In this document: in pieces, positions 1-10,503 of the stretch
How the letters are laid out: every line of letters starts with the position of its first letter
Numbering within the stretch: the stretch's first letter is position 1
From: a cyanobacterium endosymbiont of Braarudosphaera bigelowii
GTDB lineage: Bacteria > Cyanobacteriota > Cyanobacteriia > Cyanobacteriales > Microcystaceae
Reading direction: 5' to 3'
Assembly (NCBI RefSeq): GCF_020885515.1
Contig: NZ_AP024987.1
Span: 630,001-662,000, forward strand
DNA: 32,000 nucleotides
Made by a program: the position numbers and the translations under genes
The notes under the pieces: model-generated
What the model saw: only the letters and a program-made list of their open reading frames with translations
Told to the model about the DNA's origin: nothing
Databases searched by the model: none

Positions 1-146
1 TTATAGATATGATAAAAAATACTTTTAAACTTTATTTTGTAATAATTAAAGTTTAATTGTTATTATTTGTATAAAATAGCAATTTTTTAACTTTTCATTA
101 GATTAGTTTTTTAAAAGTATAAATTAACATAAATTTTATAAAATAT

Positions 147-1286
147 ATGATTAACAAACCAATTAAGCCTTTTTATTTTGACTTAACAGAAGAAGAAATT
201 GATTTATTTAAGAATGAATGTGGAAGAATTCTTAGTTCAGGTAAGCTAATTCTCGGAGAAAATACTCTAGCATTCGAAAAAGCCTTCGCTGAGTATGTAG
301 GAGTAAAACATGCAATTGCTGTTAATACTGGATCTTCTGGTTTAGAAATCATTTTAAGACTTAAAAATATAAAAAATACAACTGTATTAGTACCAACAAA
401 TACAAATTTTGCTACTGTAGCCGCCGTATTAAGAGCTGGAGGAATAGTAAAATATCTAGATATGGATGAAAATACATTTTCACCCTCTTTACAGATGGTA
501 ATAGATGCAGTGAGAGAAGGTACAATTCCTTCTATTTCCGGAGTATTATGGGTTCATATTGGAGGAGTAATTTCACCTGAATTTCCTGCAATAGTAGATT
601 ACTGCCATGATAATGATCTGTTTGTTTTGGAAGATACTGCTCATGCTCATGGAAGTCAAATTAATGGAGTTCAAGCTGGTAATTTAGCGGATGGTGCCTC
701 TTTTTCTTTCTTTCCTACTAAAATTATGACAACCTTTGAAGGAGGAATGATTACTCTTAATGATCAAGAAGAAGATTATATCGCTCGCTCACTAAGAAAT
801 CAGGGAAAAAGAGGAATGGATTTTGGTGGATTACATACGGATTTTGGAAATAGTAGTCGTATGACAGAAGTTCATGCAGTTTTAGGACTCATTCAACTAG
901 CTAAATTATCGAAAATGATTGCTAAAAGACAAAAATGTTATGACATAATTACGAAACACTTACAAACAGCTAATATTAAATTCATTTCTACAGAACATAT
1001 GGATAGTGCTAGCCAATATAAGTTGATAGTCCTATTACCTAAGGATAAAAGTGTGGAAAAAGTAAAAAAATCTTTATCCAATGAAAAGATACTTTTGGGA
1101 GGAGAAGTTTATCAAATTCCTTGCCACTTACAACCTGTTTTTAAAGATATCAATATAAAGCAAAATCTCCCTATCTCAGAGTATTGGTGTCCTCGTCATA
1201 TTTGTCCCCCACTTACATCTGGGATGACAGAAGAAGAAGCAGATATTACAGGAAGTATGTTAGTAAAATATTTAACAGCTAATTAG
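147..1286 (+). CDS. DegT/DnrJ/EryC1/StrS-family PLP-dependent sugar aminotransferase
   Basis: 379-aa ORF with an ATG start. Family-typical motifs are present: NTGSSGLEI, EDTAHAHGS and SFFPTKIMTTFEGGMI (the Schiff-base lysine context). Confidence 0.8.
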   Translation: MINKPIKPFYFDLTEEEIDLFKNECGRILSSGKLILGENTLAFEKAFAEYVGVKHAIAVNTGSSGLEIILRLKNIKNTTVLVPTNTNFATVAAVLRAGGIVKYLDMDENTFSPSLQMVIDAVREGTIPSISGVLWVHIGGVISPEFPAIVDYCHDNDLFVLEDTAHAHGSQINGVQAGNLADGASFSFFPTKIMTTFEGGMITLNDQEEDYIARSLRNQGKRGMDFGGLHTDFGNSSRMTEVHAVLGLIQLAKLSKMIAKRQKCYDIITKHLQTANIKFISTEHMDSASQYKLIVLLPKDKSVEKVKKSLSNEKILLGGEVYQIPCHLQPVFKDINIKQNLPISEYWCPRHICPPLTSGMTEEEADITGSMLVKYLTAN

Positions 1287-1389
1287 TTATTAATTGTATT
1301 CAGCTCTCATCTCTAGATAAAATTAGAAGTGATTTTTCTGAAAAATTATAGATTTATTAGTTGATATTAGTAGAAACCTTATCAATTAG

Positions 1390-1434
1390 ATTCTTCAGTA
1401 GCGATAAGCATTCCGATTATTGCTACTGAAGAAT
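1390..1434. terminator. Perfect 13-bp inverted repeat between the convergent DegT-like gene and cysK
   Basis: attcttcagtagc (1390-1402) and gctactgaagaat (1422-1434) flank a 19-nt loop. There is no clear U-tract on either strand, so terminator function is inferred from position only. Confidence 0.4.
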
Positions 1435-1470
1435 ATAGCTAACTATTACAATTGTTAAAAATTACTCTTT

Positions 1471-2418
1471 TTACTCAGACATTTCTAAATCGTGAAATAA
1501 AACAGTACTTAGGTAACGTTCACCAAAACTTGGTTGTATCATAACAATTAATTTATTTTTATTTTCTGGTCTTTTGCCAATTTTTACTGCAGCACATAAA
1601 GCTGCTCCTGTAGATATACCTGACAATAATCCTTCTTCTTTAGCAAGTCGTCGTGCATATTCAATTGCTTCTGTATCTTCAACTGTAACTATCTCATCAA
1701 TTAATTTGATATCTAAAACTTTAGGAATAAAACCTGCTCCAATACCTTGAATTTTATGCCCTCCTGGACTACCTCCTGAGAGTATTGGACTATTAGATGG
1801 TTCAACTGCAATTGTTTGAAAGTCTAGTTTTTTTTCTTTAAGAATACTTGCAATTCCAGTAATCGTACCTCCGGTACCTACACCAGCAACAAGAATATCT
1901 ATATTACCATCGGTATCTTTCCAGATTTCTTCTGCTGTAGTTAGGCGATGTATTTGGGGGTTAGCAGGATTATTGAATTGTTGTAGCATATAAGTATTAG
2001 GTAGACTATCTGCTATTTCTTGAGCTCTACGAATACAACCACCCATTCCCTCAGCCCCTGGAGTTAATTCTAATTGTGCTCCATAAGCCTTAAGCATTGT
2101 ACGACGTTCTTTACTCATAGTATCTGGCATTGTTAAGATTAAGTCATAACCTTTAGCAGCTGCCACCATAGCTAAAGCAATTCCTGTATTGCCTGACGTA
2201 GGTTCCACTAACAAAGTTTTACCAGGAACAATTAGTCCTTCCTTCTCAGCCATATTAATCATATTAATTCCAATACGATCTTTTACTGAGGCTGCTGGAT
2301 TCATACTTTCTAGCTTTACTACAATTTTTGCTACACAACCTTCTGTTTGAGGAATATGATTTAACTGTACCAGCGGAGTCTGACCAATAAGTTCTGTAAT
2401 ATTTTGTGCTATTTTCAT
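1471..2418 (-). CDS. cysK: Cysteine synthase A (O-acetylserine sulfhydrylase)
   Basis: 315-aa ORF with the PLP-lysine context SVKDRIG and the motifs [10 protein letters not shown] and [10 protein letters not shown]. It is collinear with CysK throughout. Confidence 0.93.
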   Translation of the reverse strand: MKIAQNITELIGQTPLVQLNHIPQTEGCVAKIVVKLESMNPAASVKDRIGINMINMAEKEGLIVPGKTLLVEPTSGNTGIALAMVAAAKGYDLILTMPDTMSKERRTMLKAYGAQLELTPGAEGMGGCIRRAQEIADSLPNTYMLQQFNNPANPQIHRLTTAEEIWKDTDGNIDILVAGVGTGGTITGIASILKEKKLDFQTIAVEPSNSPILSGGSPGGHKIQGIGAGFIPKVLDIKLIDEIVTVEDTEAIEYARRLAKEEGLLSGISTGAALCAAVKIGKRPENKNKLIVMIQPSFGERYLSTVLFHDLEMSE

Positions 2419-2530
2419 AAGTTTTTTACTTTTATTAATAAGTTTTATACTCTACTGTTTTAATACCTTATGAGATATTTTTAAGTATTTTTTATTCTTT
2501 CTTTACTTAATTTTAGATATTAAAAAATAG

Positions 2531-2571
2531 ATACTAAAAAACCCTATTTTTAAGATAGGGTTTTTTAGTAT
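2531..2571. terminator. Bidirectional intrinsic terminator downstream of the porin gene
   Basis: Perfect 17-bp inverted repeat atactaaaaaaccctat / atagggttttttagtat with a 7-nt loop. The CCC/GGG core is flanked by A6 and T6, and the structure lies 34 nt after the porin stop on the minus strand. Confidence 0.7.
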
Positions 2572-2604
2572 CTAGAATTGAATATAACTAGAATTATTTA
2601 ACAT

Positions 2605-4596
2605 CTAGAAAGAGAATGTTCCACGAAGAGTACCAACTACTTCGTCGTCTGCACCCTGAATGTTAACAAATTGGTCAGGATTTGCAATCCAGATAACACC
2701 TGGAGTAATAGAAATATTATCAGTAAGCTGATATCTATAGAAAACTTCAGCAGTTACAGGGTTACGGCTAGGTAATTCGAAAAAGCCACTTGTACGTCCT
2801 AAGTAAGGACGTTGACGTCCACCTTGATAAGGCTGAACACCAGCAAATATACCTAACAAGTTACCTTCTTTGAATAAGTCTGGAAACGCAAACCCGCCTC
2901 CACCAGTCCAAACTTCAGCACTCTTTCCACGGCCAAGAAAACGAACATTAGTGAAAGAACCAAATGCACTAAAATTCATCCATTCAGCAATACGCCATGT
3001 CATTTCACCACCATAGCTATTAGTGACTTTGCCACCGATATCAAATGGATTAACTTGCAAAGGATCATTAGCATTATTGCCGTTTCCATTGAAAGTTCGT
3101 GTTGGAGTACCAGGAGAACCTACAGAGCCTTCAGCAAAAGCATTGTTTAATTCAGAACGAGAGAAGTTAGCAAAAGAGGTTCCTACTTCACCAGGGCCAA
3201 AGGGAATACCAGACCCGAAAATAGGACTATCAGGTTTATGGTAAGCATGAACATATGTGAAAGCAACATTAACTAAATCAAATAAGTTTGCATTTAGCTG
3301 TGCCAATCCCCCATAGTTACCGTTAAACAAACCGTTTCCACCATCGCTTTCTGTATAAGGATTACCAGTAGCAGGATTGGTAGCATTGCTGTTTTGACAT
3401 CCGCGGATACTACGATCTACATTTTGTCCTCCACCATTGAGGCAAGGATCATTAGATGTTCCAGCAAGATATCCAAAACTAACAGAAGTAGGACCAATGA
3501 GGCTTTCTAAGAACCCAACTTGAAAGCTCATACCTGCACCAGCTCCACCACCAATTCGATAAATTGGATTACGTTGAGCAAATGTACTTAAGGATCCTTT
3601 ACCCCCATCAAAATCTTCAAAAAATGGATTTAATGTAGGAACAAAATGATGCCATCTTCCCCCCCAAGCTGTAACATAAGTATCTAGTTTCCAGTTATCT
3701 AAGGGTTCAATGGGTGCATAATAACCAACCCAATCAATAGTTACATCATTGTCTTCTTCATTCCGTCGAGGACCAATGTTGAAGGTTTGAGTGGCGGTAG
3801 GATTGATTAATGTATTTTCTTTAAAGGCAATACCAATTGGTTGACCAGTAGCAGGATTAATAACCCTTAAGTTAGGTTCAGTTAAAGTAAAACGTTCAGA
3901 ACCTGTACCTGTACTAGCTGATAAACGAGTAACTAATAAGTCCTCTCCACTAAAACTAGTGTTGAAGCTTAATCTGATACGATCTTGCAGAACAGCCTGA
4001 TTATCTTCAGAAGAACGGCTACCACCGGCTGCTGTTGCTGCCATAATAACTTCACCAACTAATTTGGTAGTGGTAGAAAATTGATGATCTTCTAAGAAAG
4101 ATACACGTCCTTCTAGATTATCAACTCGAGCGCCTAGTGCAGCTAACTCAGCTTCAAACTCTTGCATCAAGCGTTTGAGTTTTTCAATATCTTCTCTTAG
4201 TACAGCAACATTTTCTTGGATTAAGCGTTCCATAGTGTTTAAACAAGCGTTTAAACCAGCTGCAAATTCCCAACGTGATGTTGCACGGTTACCTCTAAAG
4301 GTACGATCAGGATAACCAACAATACAACCATATCGTTCTACTAGACTTCTCAATGCTTCATAAGCCCAATCAGTAGGAGCTACATCGCGTAGCTCACTAA
4401 CACTAGTCACTTGGTCGTTAGTATTGAGTTGACCTTCTTGACTATAATTCTCTAATTTTTCTAACAGATTATCCTGACCTTTTGCAATTTCAATGTCAGA
4501 CAATCCTTCAGCCGCGTTGGCAGGAGCAGAAATTGACAATACTGCACCCATTAAAGCTGGACTTACCAGCAGGGTTTTCCATAATAGTTTTAGCAT
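2605..4596 (-). CDS. Outer-membrane porin with N-terminal SLH domain, coiled-coil linker and OprB-like beta-barrel
   Basis: 663-aa ORF. The signal peptide ends ...APANA/AE. An SLH motif follows (DVAPTDWAYEALRSLVERYGCIVGYPDRTFRG), then a heptad-like linker and a Gly/Asn-rich beta-barrel region ending in a C-terminal F. A GAGGA Shine-Dalgarno sequence lies upstream. Confidence 0.85.
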   Translation of the reverse strand: MLKLLWKTLLVSPALMGAVLSISAPANAAEGLSDIEIAKGQDNLLEKLENYSQEGQLNTNDQVTSVSELRDVAPTDWAYEALRSLVERYGCIVGYPDRTFRGNRATSRWEFAAGLNACLNTMERLIQENVAVLREDIEKLKRLMQEFEAELAALGARVDNLEGRVSFLEDHQFSTTTKLVGEVIMAATAAGGSRSSEDNQAVLQDRIRLSFNTSFSGEDLLVTRLSASTGTGSERFTLTEPNLRVINPATGQPIGIAFKENTLINPTATQTFNIGPRRNEEDNDVTIDWVGYYAPIEPLDNWKLDTYVTAWGGRWHHFVPTLNPFFEDFDGGKGSLSTFAQRNPIYRIGGGAGAGMSFQVGFLESLIGPTSVSFGYLAGTSNDPCLNGGGQNVDRSIRGCQNSNATNPATGNPYTESDGGNGLFNGNYGGLAQLNANLFDLVNVAFTYVHAYHKPDSPIFGSGIPFGPGEVGTSFANFSRSELNNAFAEGSVGSPGTPTRTFNGNGNNANDPLQVNPFDIGGKVTNSYGGEMTWRIAEWMNFSAFGSFTNVRFLGRGKSAEVWTGGGGFAFPDLFKEGNLLGIFAGVQPYQGGRQRPYLGRTSGFFELPSRNPVTAEVFYRYQLTDNISITPGVIWIANPDQFVNIQGADDEVVGTLRGTFSF

Positions 4597-4900
4597 TTTC
4601 AGCTTTTCCTCACACCTTTAAATTGACTATATAATAATAGCCTCACTCACATTTCTATAATACACAATTTTTCAGAAAATAGTGAAAAATAAGTTTAACT
4701 TTTATATATATTTTCTAAAATCATTTATTTGATAGCTTATAAATGCTTCTATACAGGGTTTTAATGATTTAGCTTTCTACTACTTTGATTTAAAGTAATT
4801 TATTTCTCTTCTGTTAATTTACTTATAACTTATGTTCATAAAAACATATTCATTGATACTGAATTAGATATTCTATATATCTTATCAATTTTAATTATTT

Positions 4901-6175
4901 ATGAAAAATATGAGTATTGACTCTCTTTTATTGCCTTTTCAACGTTTTGGAGTTCATCTAGGACTCGAACGTATTAATACTTTGTTAACTAAGTTAGCAA
5001 ACCCTCATCATGACGTGCCTATTATTCATGTTGGAGGAAGTAATGGGAAAGGATCAGTTTGTGCTTACTTATCATCAATACTGATGGAAGCTGGATATAA
5101 AGTAGGACGTTATACATCTCCTCACTTAATAGACTGGACAGAAAGAATTTGTTTAAACAATAAACCAATACCAAAGTTATATTTAAGAGAGATACTTCTC
5201 AGCATTCAAGATCTAATTCTTAATGATGAAGATCTTCCTACTCAGTTTGAAGTTATAACAGCTGCGGCATTAACCTACTTCAAACAAGAAAAAGTAGACA
5301 TTATTGTTATGGAAGTCGGTTTAGGCGGACGTTTGGATGCTACTAATATTTGTCAAGCACCTTTAGCAACAGTTATCACTTCTATTAGCTTGGAACATTG
5401 TCAAAATTTAGGTCCAACCATAACAGATATTGCTCGAGAAAAATCTGGAATTTTTAAACCTAATTGTCCAGTGGTTATTGGCGAAGTTCCTCATGAAGCT
5501 AAAGATATATTTACGTCGCAAATCAATACTCTGAATTGTCCTAGTGTCTGGGTTCAATCAGCAACCCTTACTCAACATAATTCAGCTATTTACAAAGATA
5601 TTGAATATCCTTTATCTTTGTCAGGAGAAGTACAGTTAAGCAATTCAGCCATATCAATAGAAGTAATTAAAATACTAAAGCAAAAAGGATGGAATATTCC
5701 TATTAATTGTATTAAAGATGGTATACAAAAAACATCATGGAGAGGAAGACTAGAATGGCTTAATTGGCAAAGTATATCCTTACTAGTGGATGGAGCACAT
5801 AATCCAGATGCTGCTAGGCAGCTACGTAATTATATTAATAATTTAAATAAATCTATTCAATCTATTACCTGGATAATAGGAATTATAAATACTAAAGAGC
5901 ATGATAAGATCTTTAAAGAATTATTAAGAGATAATGAAACTTTATATTTAGTTCCTGTCCCTGAACACGACAATATAGAACCTAAAAACTTATTAAGTTC
6001 CATAATTAATAGTTGTGTCAGATTAAGAGAGATTAGAGTTGAAAAGACATTAGACTCTGCCTTGAAATTAACTACTAATAAGCGATCCAATGATAATTTA
6101 GTTGTTTTATGTGGTTCTTTATATTTAGTTGGTTATCTTTTAAAAACTATAGAATATCCCAATTCTAAATTATAG
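4901..6175 (+). CDS. folC: Bifunctional folylpolyglutamate synthase / dihydrofolate synthase
   Basis: 424-aa ORF with the Mur-ligase P-loop HVGGSNGKGSV and the motifs YTSPHLIDWTERI, EVGLGGRLDATN and DGAHNPDAA. Confidence 0.88.
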   Translation: MKNMSIDSLLLPFQRFGVHLGLERINTLLTKLANPHHDVPIIHVGGSNGKGSVCAYLSSILMEAGYKVGRYTSPHLIDWTERICLNNKPIPKLYLREILLSIQDLILNDEDLPTQFEVITAAALTYFKQEKVDIIVMEVGLGGRLDATNICQAPLATVITSISLEHCQNLGPTITDIAREKSGIFKPNCPVVIGEVPHEAKDIFTSQINTLNCPSVWVQSATLTQHNSAIYKDIEYPLSLSGEVQLSNSAISIEVIKILKQKGWNIPINCIKDGIQKTSWRGRLEWLNWQSISLLVDGAHNPDAARQLRNYINNLNKSIQSITWIIGIINTKEHDKIFKELLRDNETLYLVPVPEHDNIEPKNLLSSIINSCVRLREIRVEKTLDSALKLTTNKRSNDNLVVLCGSLYLVGYLLKTIEYPNSKL

Positions 6176-6211
6176 AAACCTAGATCACATTCAAATCTAA
6201 CGATAACTAAT

Positions 6212-6973
6212 ATGTTTTATGTTGCCATATTAAACTCTCTAGCAACTAAGCTTTATTTTATTGAACAATTCGCTGATAAATTAGTTTCTGCTCAACTGGA
6301 ACATATCAATCTTCTAGGCTTTGTTATCATTCTTTTTTCAGGACTTTTAACTAGTCTAAATCCATGCGTTGTGTCTATGTTACCAGTTACTATTGCCTAT
6401 ATCGGTTGTCATGAATCTCAAAAAAAGTTTCAAGGATTTATTCAATCTATTTTGTTTTCTCTAGGCTTGGCAACAACATTAGTATTGCTAGGAATCATTG
6501 CAGCATTATTAGGTAAAATTTATGGACAAATTGGGATACAGTTACCAATTTTTGTAAGTATAGTTTCTATACTAATGGGCTTCAACTTATTGGGGTTAAT
6601 TTCGTTTCATTTTCCTTCTATGAGAATAGAAAACTGGCTTATTAACAAATTTCACCTAAGAGTCCGTACTTATCTTTTGGGCATGACTTTTGGTTTAGTA
6701 GCTTCTCCTTGTAGTACACCTGTTCTGGCAACTTTGTTAACTTGGATTACTAGTACACAAAATTTAGCTTTAGGTGCGAGTGTATTATTAGCATATACAA
6801 TTGGCTATGTGTCACCTTTGATTCTAGTAGGAACTTTTACTGCTACTCTTAAGCAAATGTTAGAGTTTCGTCGCTGGTCAGCAATTATTAATCCGATCAG
6901 TGCTATTCTCCTAATAGTATTTGGCATATTTTCTTTACTATCACATGTATCATTAAACTATTTTTCAAAATAG
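6212..6973 (+). CDS. ccdA: Cytochrome c biogenesis thiol:disulfide transporter CcdA
   Basis: 253-aa polytopic membrane ORF carrying the two conserved cysteines (LNPCVVSMLP and ASPCSTPVLATLL). It sits immediately upstream of ccs1. Confidence 0.88.
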   Translation: MFYVAILNSLATKLYFIEQFADKLVSAQLEHINLLGFVIILFSGLLTSLNPCVVSMLPVTIAYIGCHESQKKFQGFIQSILFSLGLATTLVLLGIIAALLGKIYGQIGIQLPIFVSIVSILMGFNLLGLISFHFPSMRIENWLINKFHLRVRTYLLGMTFGLVASPCSTPVLATLLTWITSTQNLALGASVLLAYTIGYVSPLILVGTFTATLKQMLEFRRWSAIINPISAILLIVFGIFSLLSHVSLNYFSK

Positions 6974-7076
6974 ATCTGTGTAAGAATATTAGATATATTA
7001 GTTTATAATTCTGTTTTTAATAAAAATAAAAACATTTAATATGTCTTGGTAAATAAAGTCAAAAACAATTTAATTT

Positions 7077-8429
7077 ATGATTACATCTAATTTGTCTATA
7101 ACGCTAAACAAAGTTTCCTCACTGAAATTAAAATTTTGGCGAATGATTAGGGTAATTACAGATATACGTTTAACGATTATTTTATTATTGGTAATAGCTT
7201 TATTTAGTATTAGTGGAACTCTGATAGAGCAAGAAAAAAGTTTAGAATTTTATCAAAAAACTTATCCTCATTCACCTGCTCTTTTCGGATTTTTAACATG
7301 GAATCTCATTCTAGAGATAGGTCTAAATCACGTATACAGCACTTGGTGGTTTTTATTTTTACTTGTGCTATTCAGCACAAGTCTAATTTTATGCACTTTT
7401 ACTCGTCAATGGTCTGCACTAAAAGCTGCAAATAAATGGAATTTTTACAAAAAGCCATATCAACTCCAAAAATTAGCATTAAGTTCAGAATTAAAGATTG
7501 AGAAAATTATTCCTATTGTTAATATTTTAAAAGGAAAAAAATATAAAGTTTTTCAGGAAAATAATACTATTTATGCTCGTAAAGGAATCTTTGGAAAAGT
7601 CGGACCTATTATCGTACACTTCGGAATATTAATTATATTGTGTGGTTCAGTTATTGGTTCTTTAACAGGATTTTTAGAGCAAAGAATGGTTCCTAGCAAA
7701 TCTGAATTTAAAGTTAATAGTAATCTTAATTTGGGACCTTTCTCTACTTCAGAAATTTCTAGAGACTGGAAGGTTCGAGTTAATCGATTTTGGATTGACT
7801 ACAATTCGAAGGGAACAGTTGATCAGTTTTATTCAAATCTATCCATAATAAATGACGAAGGAAAAGAATTAAAAAAAGAAACTATTTATGTGAACAAGCC
7901 ATTGCATTATAACGGAGTTACTATATATCAAACAAACTGGGGAATCTCATCAGTCCAAATTCAAATTGACGATGGTAATATTTTTCAACTTCCTATGGTT
8001 TCTTTAGAGAATGACGATCAGTTCAAAATATGGGGTACTTGGATACCTTTAAAATCTGATTTAAGTGAAGGGATTTCACTAATTGCTAAAGATTTACAGG
8101 GAACTATGATTATTTATGATCAAGAAGGCAATCTTTATAGTGCAATTAGGACTGGAATGCCGTTAACAATCAATGGAGCACAACTAAAAATTCATAAGTT
8201 AATAGGAAGTACTGGATTACAGATAAAAGCAGATCCAGGAGTTCCTGTTGTTTATATGGGATTTGGTTTATTAATGCTTGGCGTAATTATGAGCTATGTA
8301 TCTCATTCTCAAGTCTGGGTATTGCAAATAAATAAAACATGTTTAATAGGAGGAAAGACAAATAGATCTCAAATAGCTTTTGAAAAAGAATTAAAAGATA
8401 TAATTGATTCTTTAGAATGTCTTAAATAA
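7077..8429 (+). CDS. ccsB: Cytochrome c biogenesis protein Ccs1/CcsB (ResB family)
   Basis: 450-aa ORF with N-terminal transmembrane helices, a large soluble loop and a C-terminal transmembrane helix, the typical ResB/Ccs1 architecture. It is adjacent to ccdA. The true start could be the internal Met at residue 22. Confidence 0.86.
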   Translation: MITSNLSITLNKVSSLKLKFWRMIRVITDIRLTIILLLVIALFSISGTLIEQEKSLEFYQKTYPHSPALFGFLTWNLILEIGLNHVYSTWWFLFLLVLFSTSLILCTFTRQWSALKAANKWNFYKKPYQLQKLALSSELKIEKIIPIVNILKGKKYKVFQENNTIYARKGIFGKVGPIIVHFGILIILCGSVIGSLTGFLEQRMVPSKSEFKVNSNLNLGPFSTSEISRDWKVRVNRFWIDYNSKGTVDQFYSNLSIINDEGKELKKETIYVNKPLHYNGVTIYQTNWGISSVQIQIDDGNIFQLPMVSLENDDQFKIWGTWIPLKSDLSEGISLIAKDLQGTMIIYDQEGNLYSAIRTGMPLTINGAQLKIHKLIGSTGLQIKADPGVPVVYMGFGLLMLGVIMSYVSHSQVWVLQINKTCLIGGKTNRSQIAFEKELKDIIDSLECLK

Positions 8430-8463
8430 CTTTATTTATCTAGCTTAGTTTCAATGCCTCTAA

Positions 8464-8494
8464 AAAAACTCCCTGACGTAAGCAGAGAGTTTTT
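8464..8494. terminator. Bidirectional terminator between convergent ccs1 and rplL
   Basis: aaaaactccct / agagagttttt form a stem with one mismatch and a 9-nt loop. An A-run precedes it and a T-run follows. Confidence 0.6.
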
Positions 8495-8516
8495 AAGAGA
8501 TATTTGTTAAAGTAAC

Positions 8517-8915
8517 TTATTTAATAGTTACTTTAGCTCCAGCATCCTCAAGCTGTTTCTTGATACTTTCGGCATCATCTTTTGAAGTTCCTTCTTTGAG
8601 AGATTTAGGAGTTGATTCAACAAGATCTTTTGCTTCTTTAAGTCCTAAGCCAGTTATAGTACGAACTACTTTAAGAATAGCTATTTTCTTATCACTAGGA
8701 AATTCTTCCAGAATGACATCGAATTCTGTTTTTTCTTCTGCTGCTTCTGCACCAGCAGCAGCACCAGGAACAGCACCAGGCGCCATCATCATTCCACCAA
8801 CAGGTGCAGAAGCACTTACATTAAATACTTCTTCAATCTGCTTAACAAGTTCAGATGCTTCTAAAAGGCTCAAAGACTTAAGCTTTTCGATAATTTCATC
8901 AGTTACAGTAGACAT
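8517..8915 (-). CDS. rplL: 50S ribosomal protein L7/L12
   Basis: 132-aa ORF with an Ala/Pro/Gly hinge and the conserved C-terminal domain ([24 protein letters not shown]). Confidence 0.97.
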   Translation of the reverse strand: MSTVTDEIIEKLKSLSLLEASELVKQIEEVFNVSASAPVGGMMMAPGAVPGAAAGAEAAEEKTEFDVILEEFPSDKKIAILKVVRTITGLGLKEAKDLVESTPKSLKEGTSKDDAESIKKQLEDAGAKVTIK

Positions 8916-8976
8916 AGTTTAACTCCTAAATAATGTAAAAAGATTGATAAGTAAACGAGTTAATAATTAAAATTTA

Positions 8977-9537
8977 TTAACTTTCTTTTTTTGCTGCAAC
9001 AGCAGCTAATACACGACCTAAAGAATTCGGTATTTCATTAATACCTCTACCTAAAGAAGTCGGCATCTCATTTATTCCAATAGCAAGTTTAGCAGTGACA
9101 GAATTGATTAATCCTGCTGTTTGTCCCATAAGCTCCTCTTTGGAAGGCAAGTCAGCAATTGCTTTAACTTGTTCTTCGTTAAGGGCTTTCCCTTCCATTA
9201 CACCGCCACGGAAAGCAGTCTTTTTTGTTTCTTTTTTAAAAGCTTGATAGGCCCTAATGGCACCACCCAAATCTTCTTTAACTAGAATAAAGGCTGATGA
9301 TCCATTTAGAAAACTAGTTATTGGTTTCCATTTATCACTATCAATTACCGCCTTTTCCATGAAAGTGTTCTTTGTCACTTTACAGATCGCTCCACTTGGG
9401 CGCAAGCGATCTCGTAAGTCAGTAATTTCCGCAACAGATAGACCTTGATAATCAATAACAAAACTCAGTTCTGTTCCATCAAGTAATTCTTTCAGGTTAG
9501 AAATTACCATTGCTTTATTTTCTTTTGTCCTTCCCAC
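8977..9537 (-). CDS. rplJ: 50S ribosomal protein L10
   Basis: 186-aa ORF with a GTG start preceded by AAGGAGGTG. The N-terminus MGRTKENK is L10-like. The C-terminus carries a tandem 11-aa repeat (see findings). Confidence 0.95.
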   Translation of the reverse strand: MGRTKENKAMVISNLKELLDGTELSFVIDYQGLSVAEITDLRDRLRPSGAICKVTKNTFMEKAVIDSDKWKPITSFLNGSSAFILVKEDLGGAIRAYQAFKKETKKTAFRGGVMEGKALNEEQVKAIADLPSKEELMGQTAGLINSVTAKLAIGINEMPTSLGRGINEIPNSLGRVLAAVAAKKES

Positions 9538-9726
9538 TATGTTCTCACCTCCTTTATTTTTGGGAAAAAATAAGCCCTAGCATTTTGCCGGGCCGAGGTC
9601 AAACTTGATAACAAAAAAAATTTTTATTAAGCTTGATCCTTCAGGTTTTACCTCGGCAGGATTGTTATGCTATTTGCTCCTGCTGTCTTTGATATTAACC
9701 AAAGTTCAATTTTCAATTTTAAGATT
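9538..9726 (-). promoter_or_regulatory. Structured rplJ 5' leader (L10-leader-like autoregulatory region)
   Basis: The 189-nt rplA-rplJ spacer is visibly more G+C-rich than other spacers. It contains an 8-bp helix, gccgaggt (9592-9599) / acctcggc (9650-9657). Position and size match the bacterial L10 leader, but no covariance model was run. Confidence 0.45.
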
Positions 9727-10443
9727 TTAACTATCTTCTAACTTCAAATCTCGTAAGGCATTAATATCTATTTGGATAGATGGCCCCATAGAAGCGGAAA
9801 CATATACACTGCGCCAGTAACGTCCCTTTGCTCCAGAAGGCCTTTGTTTATCAATGGTTTCCTGCAAAGCTTTTAAATTAGCTAATAACTCTTTAGGGGA
9901 AAAGGATACCTTGCCAAATATAACATGAACGATACCAGTACGATCAGCACGAAATTCTAATTTACCTGATTTAAATTCAGAAATTGCTTTCCCTAAATCA
10001 GAAGTAACAGTTCCCCCTTTTGGAGATGGCATTAAACCACGGGGTCCGAGTGCACGACCAAGCTTGGCAACTTTAGGCATCATATCAGGAGTTGCTATCA
10101 AAACTTCGAAGTCCATCATCCCTTTCTGGATTTCATCAATAAGATCTTCTGATCCCACTATATCTGCCCCAGCATTACTGGCTTCTTGGACCTTTTCGCC
10201 TTTTGCGATAACAGCTACTCGAATTATTTGACCCGTACCGTTAGGTAAGGAGACAGTTGTCCTTAATTGTTGATCTGTATATTTAGGATCAATTCCCAAA
10301 CGTACATGTACTTCTGCTGATTCATTAAATTTAGCAGTAGCAGTTTCTTTTAACAATTGTAAAGCTTCAATAGGTTGATAAGCTTGTTTTTTGTCAATCT
10401 TGGATAATGCTTCTTTAATCCGTTTTGAAAGTTTTTTAGGCAT
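9727..10443 (-). CDS. rplA: 50S ribosomal protein L1
   Basis: 238-aa ORF collinear with L1 ([43 protein letters not shown]). Confidence 0.97.
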   Translation of the reverse strand: MPKKLSKRIKEALSKIDKKQAYQPIEALQLLKETATAKFNESAEVHVRLGIDPKYTDQQLRTTVSLPNGTGQIIRVAVIAKGEKVQEASNAGADIVGSEDLIDEIQKGMMDFEVLIATPDMMPKVAKLGRALGPRGLMPSPKGGTVTSDLGKAISEFKSGKLEFRADRTGIVHVIFGKVSFSPKELLANLKALQETIDKQRPSGAKGRYWRSVYVSASMGPSIQIDINALRDLKLEDS

Positions 10444-10503
10444 ATTTATATTTTGGGTATTAGTGAAGTTTTCTTCTCCCCTTAAAATTAACTTGATTTT
10501 TGC

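Noticed and set aside
8560-8922. 120-aa ORF antisense to rplL, plus similar antisense ORFs at 3023-3244, 5857-6090, 9257-9448, 11011-11205, 11360-11569, 11607-11834, 18316-18534, 21887-22102, 25493-25696 and 28259-28534
   Set aside because: All lie entirely inside, and antisense to, confidently identified conserved genes. Their translations are low-complexity with no motifs. These are typical shadow ORFs.
10444-10503. Possible L1-binding autoregulatory site in the rplK-rplA spacer
   Set aside because: The 60-nt spacer contains a GGGGAGAAG stretch on the minus strand, but I could not fold a convincing mimic of the 23S L1-stalk structure by eye. It is not supportable without a covariance model.
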